From Psammoneis japonica (lineage: Eukaryota), in contig QPGO01000201.1 in assembly GCA_008632985.1 (NCBI GenBank), positions 118,919-138,918 of the forward strand: a stretch of 20,000 nucleotides of DNA, read 5' to 3'. Position 1 is the stretch's first letter. The number at the start of each line of letters is the position of its first letter. The notes beneath the pieces are model-generated. The model was not told where the DNA came from. It was given only the letters and a program-made list of their open reading frames with translations, and did no database searches. A program made the translations under genes and the position numbers. This document shows positions 10,524-20,000 of the stretch, piece after piece.

Positions 10524-11153
10524 TCCAATGCGAAGCTCGCCTTGGCGGCAGAAAAGGTGGCGGTCGGGTTGGGAGCACAAACCAAGTGCATCAATCTTGG
10601 ATCTCACGAGCTGCCCCTCTACAATCAAGATGACGAGGCGGACAAGGGGATGCCATCCAACGCTGTGAAACTCAAGGAGGAGTTGTCATCAGCAGATGGA
10701 TGGATCATTGCTGGTCCCGAGCACAACGGATCCATTGTGCCCCTTGTTGTCAACGCATTTACGTGGTGCAGCCGTGGCGACCCAGAAGGATCGCCCATGT
10801 GCGCCACATTTCATGGAAAGTCTGCAACAGTTCTCAGTGCGTCTCCTGGCGCCATGGGAGGCATGAGGTCGTTGAATCCTCATCGTCAGTTGTTGCAAAA
10901 CTTGGGAGTGAACGTGTTGCCCGCATCGGTTGCTGCAGGAGGCGCCTTCAATGCCTTTGATGACACTGGAGCCTTGACGGATTCACGGCACAAATCCATG
11001 CTTGAGGCCGCAGTCAGTGATCTTTGTTGCCAAACGAGAGACAAAGCGAACCGCGAAGCAACGTGTGATTTAATCCGTGCCAGCACGGTGGGAGAGTGCG
11101 GAAATGTCGACGTGGCTCAACAGTGGTTTTTGCCAATGCAAGCATCACAGTAG
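10524..11153 (+). pseudogene. NADPH-dependent FMN reductase (flavodoxin-like, ChrR/SsuE family), 5'-truncated by the LTR and hypermutated
   Basis: SNAKLA, LPLYNQD, ADGWIIAGPEHNGS (family P-E-Y-N), and SASPGAMGGMRS. The N-terminal GSxR phosphate-binding loop and a start ATG are missing at the LTR junction. Confidence 0.85.
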
Positions 11154-11229
11154 ATTCAATGTTGAATCATCATCCTGCCGATGGACGGGTTCACACACAA
11201 CTGCATTTTCGACGCAACGAAGAGCACCA

Positions 11230-11249
11230 CTCTCTCTCTCTCTCTCTCT
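11230..11249 (+). repeat. (CT)10 microsatellite
   Basis: Direct reading. Confidence 0.9.
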
Positions 11250-11802
11250 GTCAAGCGTGTTTGATCTCTCGAATTTTTCGGCTCTTACCCACCAATGAGG
11301 AGGGGGAAACGCGTCTCGCACAAGCAACATTGTGATCCCAGGAAGAAAGCTGAGAGTCACAGCTGCTGTCAGGGTCTCTGGAACTTCGATGAGTTGGATC
11401 CGCGACAACTGCCGCAACAGAGGAACACCGGCAAGAGAGTGGAAAATCTGTCTGTGTGCACAATTTCCATCCGAGGCAATTGCGACTAATTTTTTTGAAA
11501 TTTCAACACAATGTCAATGAATGCATGTCTGCAACAATGCGTCATCGGCGGTGACGACAGAAGCTCGAGCGATGTGCGTGCGATGTTGTGATGACGATCC
11601 TCATTCCTCATCATGGCACTGTTTGTGTCGGCGTGCCACGCAATGCAAACAACCCACGCCACAACCATCAACAGACATTGCCATGCGGGATCACACCCTG
11701 GCATGTGTCCTTCAGCCTGAAGCCTTCAGTGCGTTGCCGACGCCGACTGCCCATTGATTTGCCCACTCTTGGGCGTTCGTTGGGGGCTCTCTGACAGATG
11801 CA

Positions 11803-14038
11803 ATGGTGATGATTGCGCGGCTGATGGTTGTCGCCTTTGTTTGCGTTAAAGCAATTCTTGGCTCCAAATGCAGCGGTTGCGAAGATCGTCAGGCATGAAA
11901 CGCATTCTCTGCTTTGGAAGAAGTTGCGGTGCAAGGGCGTTTCGCAATGCATGAGTTCTTTTTTTGTCACGCAAGTGAAGATCACTGCAAGGGTTCGTCC
12001 ACTTTCCAATTTCGCACATGCCTCACATTCTCCACCTCTCCCGCTTCCAACACAGCAAAGGCATTGCTCCAAGAACTGTCGACAACTTGGACACGGCAAG
12101 AAGAAGGGTGTTAAAAAAGGAAAGTTTACGAATGTAGCGAGGAAACGAGGGAAAAGGAGTGAAACGCCATCCGCAGCCCCCTCGAGTTCTCCAAGCGGCA
12201 AGCCATCCCAAGAACCGTCCAGTGTGCCATCCAGGTCACCCAGTTCTGCTCCAAGTGGTGCTCCCAGCATTTCTCCAAGTAAGAGCCCGTCGGCAGCACC
12301 CTCTAGCATGCCCAGTGAATCGCCTTCCGAATCGCCTTCCGAATCGCCAAGCGCCACACCGAGTGATTCTCCGAGTGAAACCCCGTCAGACATTCCTTCA
12401 AACATGCCAAGCGCATCGCCGTCCCAAAAACCAAGCAATGCCCCGAGTGGCGCTCCCAGCAGCGCTCCAAGCGACGCCCCGTCGGATGCACCTTCGAAAA
12501 TACCGAGTAGATCGCCAAGCTGTGCGCCGAGTAGAACTCCAAGTGAAACTCCGTCGGATGCACCTTCAAACATGCCGAGCAAATCGCCGTCCCAAACACC
12601 AAGCAATGCGCCAAGTAGTGTGCCAAGTAAACGCCCAAGTGAAACACCATCGGAATTTCCTTCAGGCATGCCGAGCACATCGCCGTCCCAAAAACCAAGC
12701 ATTCTCCCAAGCAGTGCTCCCAGTGGCGCTCCAAGTGAAACCCCGTCGAACGTGCCTTCAAACATTCCGAGTGCGTCACCGTCCCAAATGCCAAGTGATG
12801 CCCCAAGCAGTGCTCCCAGTGAGTTTCCGAGTGAAAATCCATTGGAGTTACCTTCCAGCGTGCCGAGTAGATTGCCAAGCTCTGTTCCCAGCACTGCTCC
12901 AAGTGGAACCCCATCGGATGCACATGCCATCAAAACAAGTTCATCGCCGTCCGAAACACCAAACAGCTCCCCAACGCCGCCTTCTTCACCGGCAGGTCCC
13001 ACAGTTCCTTCGACTCCACCATCAGATGCTCCTTCATCAGGCCCGGTGGCTGGCCCAACACCTCCTCCATCGAGTTCGCCATCCGGTGCACCATCATCAG
13101 GCCCGGTGGCTGGCCCCACACCCCCTCCAACAGCGACACCATCGGATGCTCCTTCATCAGGCCCGGTGGCTGGCCCAACACCTCCTCCATCGAGTTCGCC
13201 ATCCAGTGCACCATCATCAGGCCCGGTGGCTGGCCCGACATCCCCTCCAACAGCGACACCATCGGATGCTCCTTCATCAGGCCCGGTGGCTGGCCCCACA
13301 CCTCCTCCATCGAGTTCGCCATCCGGTGCACCATCATCAGGCCCGGTGGCTAGTCCCACACCCCCTCCAACAGCGACACCATCGGATGCTCCTTCATCAG
13401 GCCCGGTGGCTGGCCCCACACCTCCTCCATCGAGTTCGCCATCCGGTGCACCATCATCAGGCCCGGTGGCTAGTCCCACACCCCCTCCAACAGCGACACC
13501 ATCGGATGCTCCTTCATCAGGCCCGGTGGCTGGCCCAACACCTCCTCCATCGAGTTCGCCATCCAGTGCACCATCATCAGGCCCGGTGGCTAGTCCCACA
13601 CCCCCTCCCACAGCGACACCATCGGATGCGCCTTCATCAGGCCCGGTGGCTGGCCCCACACCTCCTCCATCGAGTTCACCATCTGGTGCACCATCATCAG
13701 GCCCGGTGGCTAGTCCCACAGCGACACCATCGGACACCCCTTCATCAGGCCCGGTGGCTGGCCCCACACCTCCTCCATCGAGTTCGCCATCCGGTGCACC
13801 ATCATCAGGCCCGGTGGCTGGCCCCACACCTCCTCCATCGACTTCACCATCCTCTGGTCCAACAGAGCCATCAACAGCACCTGACAGTGTTCCGTCAACA
13901 TCTCCACCCGGCTCTCCGTCCTCGGGTCCTGCAGCTCCGTCAATGGGCCCCGCAGCACCGACGTTTCCAACAGTCTCGGGTCCGACAGCTCCGTCAGCAC
14001 CCGCACCCCCACCGACTCAAATCTTCCGTAGAAAGTGA
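11803..14038 (+). CDS. Secreted Pro/Ser/Thr-rich mucin/extensin-like protein with RXL site and Lys-rich patch; 5' exon uncertain and possibly pseudogenised
   Basis: Continuous frame 12056-14038: RQL-GHGKKKGVKKGK, then PSxxPS repeats and 40-aa repeats. A signal-peptide-like MVMIARLMVVAFVCVKAILG starts at 11803, with a putative intron 11971-12055 and an in-frame TGA at 11896. Confidence 0.65.
12160..12920 (+). repeat. Degenerate 12-nt (PSxx) coding repeat with four higher-order PSETPS...SPSQ blocks
   Basis: Translation shows PSETPSDIPSNMPSASPSQ, PSETPSDAPSNMPSKSPSQ, PSETPSEFPSGMPSTSPSQ and PSETPSNVPSNIPSASPSQ. Confidence 0.85.
13021..13840 (+). repeat. Near-perfect coding tandem array, 120-nt unit built of two related 60-nt halves (~7 units)
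   Basis: CATCAGGCCCGGTGGCT recurs every 60 nt. Units start at 13021, 13141, 13261, 13381, 13501 and 13621, with one 12-nt deletion near 13720. Confidence 0.95.
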
Positions 14039-14186
14039 TTGTGAAGCCCGTGTGCGTTGTATCTTGAACGACACTGCGCACTTCAGCAATTCAGCGTCTT
14101 TGCAATACCTAAATCTTCCGTAGGTGAGGCTGCGTGCGTTGTACCTTAGACGGTACTGCGCACTTAAACAATTCATCGTCTTTGCA
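14019..14186 (+). repeat. Degenerate direct repeat (14019-14104 and 14111-14186) overlapping the stop codon and 3' UTR
   Basis: Both copies read AAATCTTCCGTAG...GTGCGTTGTA...ACTGCGCACTT...CAATTCA.CGTCTTTGCA. Confidence 0.8.
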
Positions 14187-14286
14187 CGGCATTGGAAATG
14201 GGTGGGGAAACAATAGAAAATGATCGGTGACTGAGAAGTACAGCAGTGCACTAAACAGAAACGACTAGGCGTATAAAACATGTTTA

Positions 14287-15363
14287 TTATTTCTTCGTAG
14301 GAGGTGTGTATTCCCTCTCAGGGTTCTCTCTTTCAGTTCAGGGTCAAGCTTCCAGGCGTTGCTCTCAACACCGTTCATATTGTATACAAAGTGCTCCATT
14401 CTACGAAATGCGCCTGTTTGATCAAGACGTCATTGCACGCCCCGCTGACAATGCAATAGTTCCCATCGTAGGGTGCCTTGTGGTGCAATGCATGAGGTTT
14501 CCGTCCAATTATAACGCCCGCGTCTTGAAGCCAATTTACCCATTGCGGCACCTCACTCTTGTCATGTGCGACCACTTGTGAAATNTCCTGAGAAAGAATT
14601 TCCAGAGAGCAAAACACGGCCAAGAAGAAAGTAACTGTTGGTCCGCTAAGAAAAGAAATGAGAGCCATTGTGGGTACGCCGAAGGGGACGCACAGTTTGT
14701 ACACGTTATTGCAAAACTCGCGTTCTGTAATTGTCCATGGAGCCGAGTGATGACCTTGAAATGCAGCAATGATATTTCCCATGATTGGAGTACGGCCATT
14801 GCCGTAGTTGTCGACCGACCAATGCAACACACCCGAGCCAAAATCTGCAAGCAACCAACTTGATACGGCAAGCGCTAATGCCTGAGTGCTTGTCGTTGCC
14901 AGGTCGCCACCATTGCTTGAGTACAATTCCTGCAATGCAGCTGCAGCTATGGCCCCGTTTCCCAAGAATGTTCCAAGCACCATGGCAACTTGATAAGGTT
15001 GTGTCTCCAGCGTGTCTCCCTCGACGACAACTGAAGCTACCTTTCCCTTTGGCCGTTCGATACCAGATCCCTCTAATCCAAAAACGAATCCATCGTCAAG
15101 ATACGTTTTCGATTGTGTCTCGGGAACTGATACATCTTGTTCTGACATGACGCTTACAGCATTCAGTGATGTAGAGGACTGGGAGTTTAGAGCCTTCGCG
15201 TTGCTATTCAATCTTGGCTCGTTGGCATTCATTGAAAGGCGACTCTTGCTTGTGATTCGCTTCGATGATGAAAAGCTGACTCGTCGTTGTGTGGAAGCTG
15301 TAAACTTTCGACATTACATGAAAGCAACAGCAATACGGAGCAAGCGAGAGAAGGAATCTTCAT
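14287..15363 (-). CDS. FAD4: Plastid fatty-acid desaturase 4-like (delta3-trans; TMEM189/Kua domain); several apparent 1-nt assembly frameshifts
   Basis: ADFGSGVLHWSVDNYG, FQGHH, FHKWSH, HALHHKAPYDGNYCIVSG. Signal peptide MKIPSLACSVLLLLSCNVES is followed after a shift by FTASTQRRVSF, a transit peptide. The C-terminus FRRMEHFVYNMNGVESNAWKLD is in a shifted frame. Confidence 0.85.
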
Positions 15364-16377
15364 GGTTCTTGAATGAGGTGTGGAGTAGTGAGTGAAGGGA
15401 AGAAAAAATGAAACGCGTTGCAAGAAAGACCTCACAAAGAATTTATGTGTAAATATGCTTCCAAAACAAAATGAACAAGAGTGAATATCACCACGTGTGA
15501 ATGAAGTGGTGTGAACGTAGTGGCGAGTACAAAACATCATCGACCGCAAAACAACAAAGAAATGTGAGTCATCCGCATCAACTCGAAATTTGAAAACGAC
15601 GTGGCGAATTCCATAAGTAATTTGCCTTCGGATTACGTCATTCACGCTGAGATGTATTCAAAAACATATGTTCATAAGGATTTATAATAAAGCCACGTGT
15701 GTCCGTCACTGGCGACACGCCGAAGCAAAGCTTGCTACTGCCCTCACAAATTCGCGGCACTCCGCACGAGCCAAAAAAAATGATGGGACGCTGTGGAATG
15801 AACTTGCCGAAAAGATCAAGATGATGAAACGAAACGATAGGTGCACGTGTGTCGATGATGTAGGTCTCCAATGCAGGAGGTGACATCATGTGATTCACTC
15901 GCTTCCTATCATGCTTTGAAGCGGGCTGAAACCCTTCATTGCTTTACAGGGGTATTTTGAGAGAGCTTGTTCGAACTTCGGTTCTGTGCGGCATGGATTA
16001 AACTATTCGGTTTTCTGCGAGCGAACTGTGTAAAGACAAATATTAATAACTTATACGAAAACGATCAACCTACTATATGATGCAGCTAGCATAAGTTAAT
16101 CCAGCGCTCGTCACCAAACCAGTTGTTGTATTCTAACAAACCAAATTGCAGTAGCAAGATTGAATAGTAATAAAACGACATGATATTCACTATTCTAAGG
16201 CTCGAAACAGTGATTGTAAACATGTACAATGCTAAATAAGTTACTGGGAATACTGAAAGACACAACAAATCTACTTTTTCTCGTTCATCACGACGCTTCG
16301 ACTTGACGAACCGTGTGGAACGATGAATTGTGTACAATCCCAACTAGGATACCTGGAATGGAACGCGCTCCACTCGT

Positions 16378-17265
16378 TTAGATGTTTTCCTTGTCCAAGT
16401 CGTCAAAGTATGGGTGGTTCAACGAGTCCTTGGCCGTGATGCGCTCGTTGGGGTTGTACGCGAGGAACTTCTCCAACAAGGCGAGCCCAAGGCTATCCAG
16501 ATTGTCTGTTACCGATGGAGAAAACTGTGACTTGTACCAACGAGGAAAGGCAGAGTTCCAATCCGGTAGCTGCGTGACACCGGGCCAGACTTGTTCGTTA
16601 GGCGTGCCGAGCTGACGAAAGATTTTGTAGAGCTGATCAATTTCTGAATCACCAGGGAACAGAGCACGCTTGGTGACCATTTCGACAAAGATGGTGCCGA
16701 GAGCCCACACGTCAGCGGGTGGAGCATAAGTCTGTGATCCAAGAAGAATTTCAGGAGGGCGATACCACAACGTAACCACCTCGTGGGTAAGCGGACGGAT
16801 CGGCGGGCAGAAAGCACGAGCCAGTCCAAAATCAGCCAGCTTCAACCTTCCATCCCTGGAAACGAGCAGATTCTGCGGTTTGAGATCCCGATGCATGACA
16901 CCGCGTGCGTGACAAAAGGCGAGACCCCGGCAGCACTGGAACAGGTACGACTTGACGAGAATGGCTGAAGCTGATCATTGCAAGACTCCATGTACTTTTT
17001 CAAATCACGGTCGAGAAACTCAAACACGAGGTACAGCTTTCCGTCAGATTGCACGCAATCCTTAAGCTCGACGATATTCTCGTGGCTAAGCTCTCTCAAG
17101 AGACTAATTTCACGCAAGCCGTCGGCGGANATCTTCCACTTCGAGTCGGATCCTCTTGAGAGCAACAATCTCATCCGTCTGACGATCGCGGGCTTTGTAC
17201 ACGACGCCATAAGTACCCTCGCCGAGGTTAGAACCGGGCTTTTCAATCTTCTGATACCTGTACAT
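16378..17265 (-). CDS. CDKA: Cyclin-dependent kinase, CDK1/CDKA type (probably PSTALRE/CDKA2-like); frameshifts near an N
   Basis: RYQKIEK...[68 protein letters not shown] and HPYF. The cyclin-binding helix is corrupted at N 17130 but reads T-A-L-R-E when one base is restored. Confidence 0.93.
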
Positions 17266-17414
17266 GCCGAGAGTCGATAGAAGTTAGAGGGGTTGTGAAT
17301 AGAGAGTTGTTTTTGCCATTGGCTTGTCCGCTGATATTGCAAAAAATTGGGAAACGGATAGGGCAGGCTAGCTACAGGCTTCTCAGTACATTTCTACGGC
17401 GAACGTTATTTTCA

Positions 17415-17430
17415 TTCAAATTCCCGCGAA
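17415..17430 (-). promoter_or_regulatory. Candidate E2F site plus CHR-like element upstream of the CDK
   Basis: Minus strand reads TTCGCGGGAATTTGAA about 150 nt upstream of the ATG. Motif match only. Confidence 0.4.
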
Positions 17431-17965
17431 CACCAAACGGGATTTTTACACGTCCGTGAAAGACATACCGAGCTCTACGATGAGCCTTTGGACAATGCTG
17501 TCAGAGACTCCGTCGTCTCGTTCTGCCCCGTTATCTCACCAAAAAACAGCACAACAACCAAAGTCTCGTAAATTAGACAATAGCACATCCGATTCGATGG
17601 TGCTTACCTTTCCATCGTGAAGGCTTGGGTCTTGAAAACGAACGACAACAACACAACAAATTGTTGACGCTGTTGATGTGCAAAGAGTGAAAATGGCGGT
17701 GCCGACAATCTCGGCGCGTCTGTACGTATGTAGAATCGTACAGGTTCAGTAACACAACGGAATCTCCTTTGTATTCTACCTGCATTATAGATATGTAGGT
17801 CTACAGGTTTTTATTCTCATGAATATTTAAGGATATTAAAGTCTTTATATGATTAATGCCATCTAAGATCCCCGGCTCATTTTTTCGCTCCCGATGCGAA
17901 GCAACTTCAACAACAGCCACACAGAACCAACCGATCGGCTTATTGAATCAATCTCTGATGAAGAA

Positions 17966-20000
17966 ATGATACGCCAAGGATGCAGACTGTCGACGAGAGC
18001 TATCGGTAGCGGGAAATGGACAGTTGGACCGTCATGTTGTTTGAGCCTTCAAAAATCAGAGACATGGCTACAACAACAAGAACGTAGGTGCTGTGCGATA
18101 TTCCCGTCAAGAAAATCACCTGCCACAAGGCTGTTTCAACGTAATTCAGTTGCACCAAGAGGAGGTCTTTTCTCAATTGATGGGTTACACAAGCCATCCG
18201 ACTTTGTGGCTCTGGCAACAGATGCTAAATCGGTATGTGACGGGCTGCGTTCCTCCTTGACGAGTTTGGAGGCCATTACGTCTAAAGAACACGCGTCTGA
18301 AACTTTAAAGAGACTGGACAATGTCAGCAAGACTGTATGCAATGTCATTGATGCGGCCGAATTATGTCGATCCGTCCATTCTTCTGTAGCATGGCGGGAA
18401 GCGTCGTCCAAGGCTTTTGCAATCATGAGTGATTACATTGCATTGTTAAACTCCGACACACATTTGTACCGTGCGTTATCCATGGTTACAAATTCGGATT
18501 ACTTTCCCCAGTTATCTCAAGAAGAGCAACGATTTGCAATTCTACTAAAGGCGGAATTTGAACGTGATGGAATACACTTGCCGGATGAAGAACGAAACAA
18601 AGTACGAACATTGCAAAACCATGTAACTCAATTGGAAACGCTCTTTACCGACAACATTACGCATTCAAGAAAATACTTTGATGTGGACGCTGCATGGGTT
18701 GAAGAAATTATACCGCGGCACATTTTGGAAGCGCACGTTCCACAATCAAACAAGGANNNNNNNNNNNNNNNNNNNNNNNNNNNNNNNNNNNNNNNNNNNN
18801 NNNNNNNNNNNNNNNNNNNNNNNNNNNNNNNNNNNNNNNNNNNNNNNNNNNNNNNNNNNNNNNNNNNNNNNNNNNNNNNNNNNNNNNNNNNNNNNNNNNN
18901 NNNNNNNNNNNNNNNNNNNNNNNNNNNNNNNNNNNNNNNNNNNNNNNNNNNNNNNNNNNNNNNNNNNNNNNNNNNNNNNNNNNNNNNNNNNNNNNNNNNN
19001 NNNNNNNNNNNNNNNNNNNNNNNNNNNNNNNNNNNNNNNNNNNNNNNNNNNNNNNNNNNNNNNNNNNNNNNNNNNNNNNNNNNNNNNNNNNNNNNNNNNN
19101 NNNNNNNNNNNNNNNNNNNNNNNNNNNNNNNNNNNNNNNNNNNNNNNNNNNNNNNNNNNNNNNNNNNNNNNNNNNNNNNNNNNNNNNNNNNNNNNNNNNN
19201 NNNNNNNNNNNNNNNNNNNNNNNNNTTGTTTGGAATATCAATGAAAGATAGTATGGACGATGAGGAGAAAATGGGATGTCGGAGATGATGGCAGTCATCT
19301 TGGTGTAAGGTTCGCAAGTTTGTCTTTCATGACGAGAACCGTCGACCGTTGGGTACAATGTATTTGGATCTTCACCCACGAGAAGGCAAGTACGGGCACG
19401 CAGCACACTTTACTGTTCGATGTGGCTGCGTTATTGGAGGAGGACCGAGTGAGCGACGCGGAGATGAGGAGTACCAGCTACCTATTGTTGCTCTTGTATG
19501 CAACATGTCGTCTCTCATCAAGCTCAATTCTAAGTCATTCTGAGGTCGAAAACTGTTCCATGAGTTTGGCCATGCATTACATTCCCTGCTGTCACGGACA
19601 ACCTTCCAGCACCTATCTGGCATCGTGGTGCCATGGACTTTGTCGAAACGCCATCGCACCTGTTCGAACAATACGCATGGGACCCAACGTTTCTCAAGGT
19701 TTTTGCAAGACACCATCACAGTGGTGAGCCAATACCGGACGACTTGATACACAAATTGGTTCAATCTAGGAACGAGTTTCGTTCCATTGATATACAAAAT
19801 CAAATTATTGTATGCACTTTTCGACAGACCATATTTGGAATACCGGACCTTCCAGCCAAGTACTACGCAAGTTCTTTGCAAAGTATCACAAGATCTTTGG
19901 TGTCCCATACGCGGAAGGCACTCACTGGCATTCACGCTTTGGGCATTTGGTCACGTATGGTGCTGGACTTATGGATATCTCTATGCTCAGGTGTTTGCAG
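17966..20000 (+). CDS. MIPEP: Mitochondrial intermediate peptidase (M3A metallopeptidase, MIP/Oct1); gapped, frameshifted in assembly, continues beyond window
   Basis: Arg/Ser-rich presequence MIRQGCRLSTRA; LDNVSKTVCNVIDAAE; EFERDGIHL; GTMYLDLHPREGKYGHAAHFTVRCG; zinc motif HEFGH (19559-19573); DFVETPSHLFE; HSRFGHLVTYGAG. Confidence 0.92.
18757..19225. other. Assembly gap (N run)
   Basis: Direct reading. Confidence 1.

Noticed and set aside
3692..11153. Alternative genetic code or RNA editing restoring Tyr from Cys/His codons
   Set aside because: Flanking genes use normal Tyr codons, non-coding DNA shows the same TA loss, and the two LTRs differ from each other at these sites.
3500..11800. 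Numerous 60-255 aa overlapping ORFs on both strands
   Set aside because: Expected by-product of TAA/TAG loss; no recognisable motifs.
13021..13840. CRISPR-like regularly spaced repeats
   Set aside because: The intervening sequences are themselves repeated, the period is a multiple of 3 within a coding frame, there are no cas genes, and the context is eukaryotic.
11668..14123. Long alternative ORFs (719 aa minus strand, Gly-rich; 654 aa plus strand, His/Arg-rich)
   Set aside because: Shadow frames of the Pro/Ser repeat in TA-poor, stop-poor DNA.
18628..19406. ORFs spanning the N run
   Set aside because: Artefacts of translating through the assembly gap.
14287..20000. FAD4, CDK and MIP as pseudogenes or programmed-frameshift genes
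   Set aside because: The shifts are mostly 1-nt indels in short homopolymers or next to Ns. Motifs and Tyr codons are intact, so assembly error is more parsimonious.

Overview
Eukaryotic genomic DNA, very probably from a diatom. This is inferred from short GT-AG introns, bipartite plastid presequences, a CoDi-like Ty1/copia element, a PSTALRE-type CDK and an RXL/Pro-Ser-rich secreted protein. Gene order: WRN/EXD2-type 3'-5' exonuclease (+); thylakoid-lumen protein (-); a full-length ~7.2 kb Ty1/copia LTR retrotransposon (3296-10523); a 5'-truncated NADPH-dependent FMN reductase; a Pro/Ser-rich repeat protein; FAD4-like desaturase (-); CDKA/CDK1 (-); and mitochondrial intermediate peptidase (+, gapped, runs off the window). 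The main signal is a domain of about 3.0-12.1 kb, covering the transposon and its flanks, that is strongly depleted of TpA. Conserved Tyr codons have become Cys (TGC/TGT) or His (CAC/CAT), including RT YVDD->HVDD. The two LTRs differ only by transitions, mostly at TA/TG/CA sites, and the same signature spreads into neighbouring host sequence. This looks like a two-stranded, DNA-level TpA->TpG/CpA (A-to-G) hypermutation centred on a transposon, the mirror image of fungal RIP. The assembly has many single-base indels and Ns, so frameshifts alone are not treated as biological.
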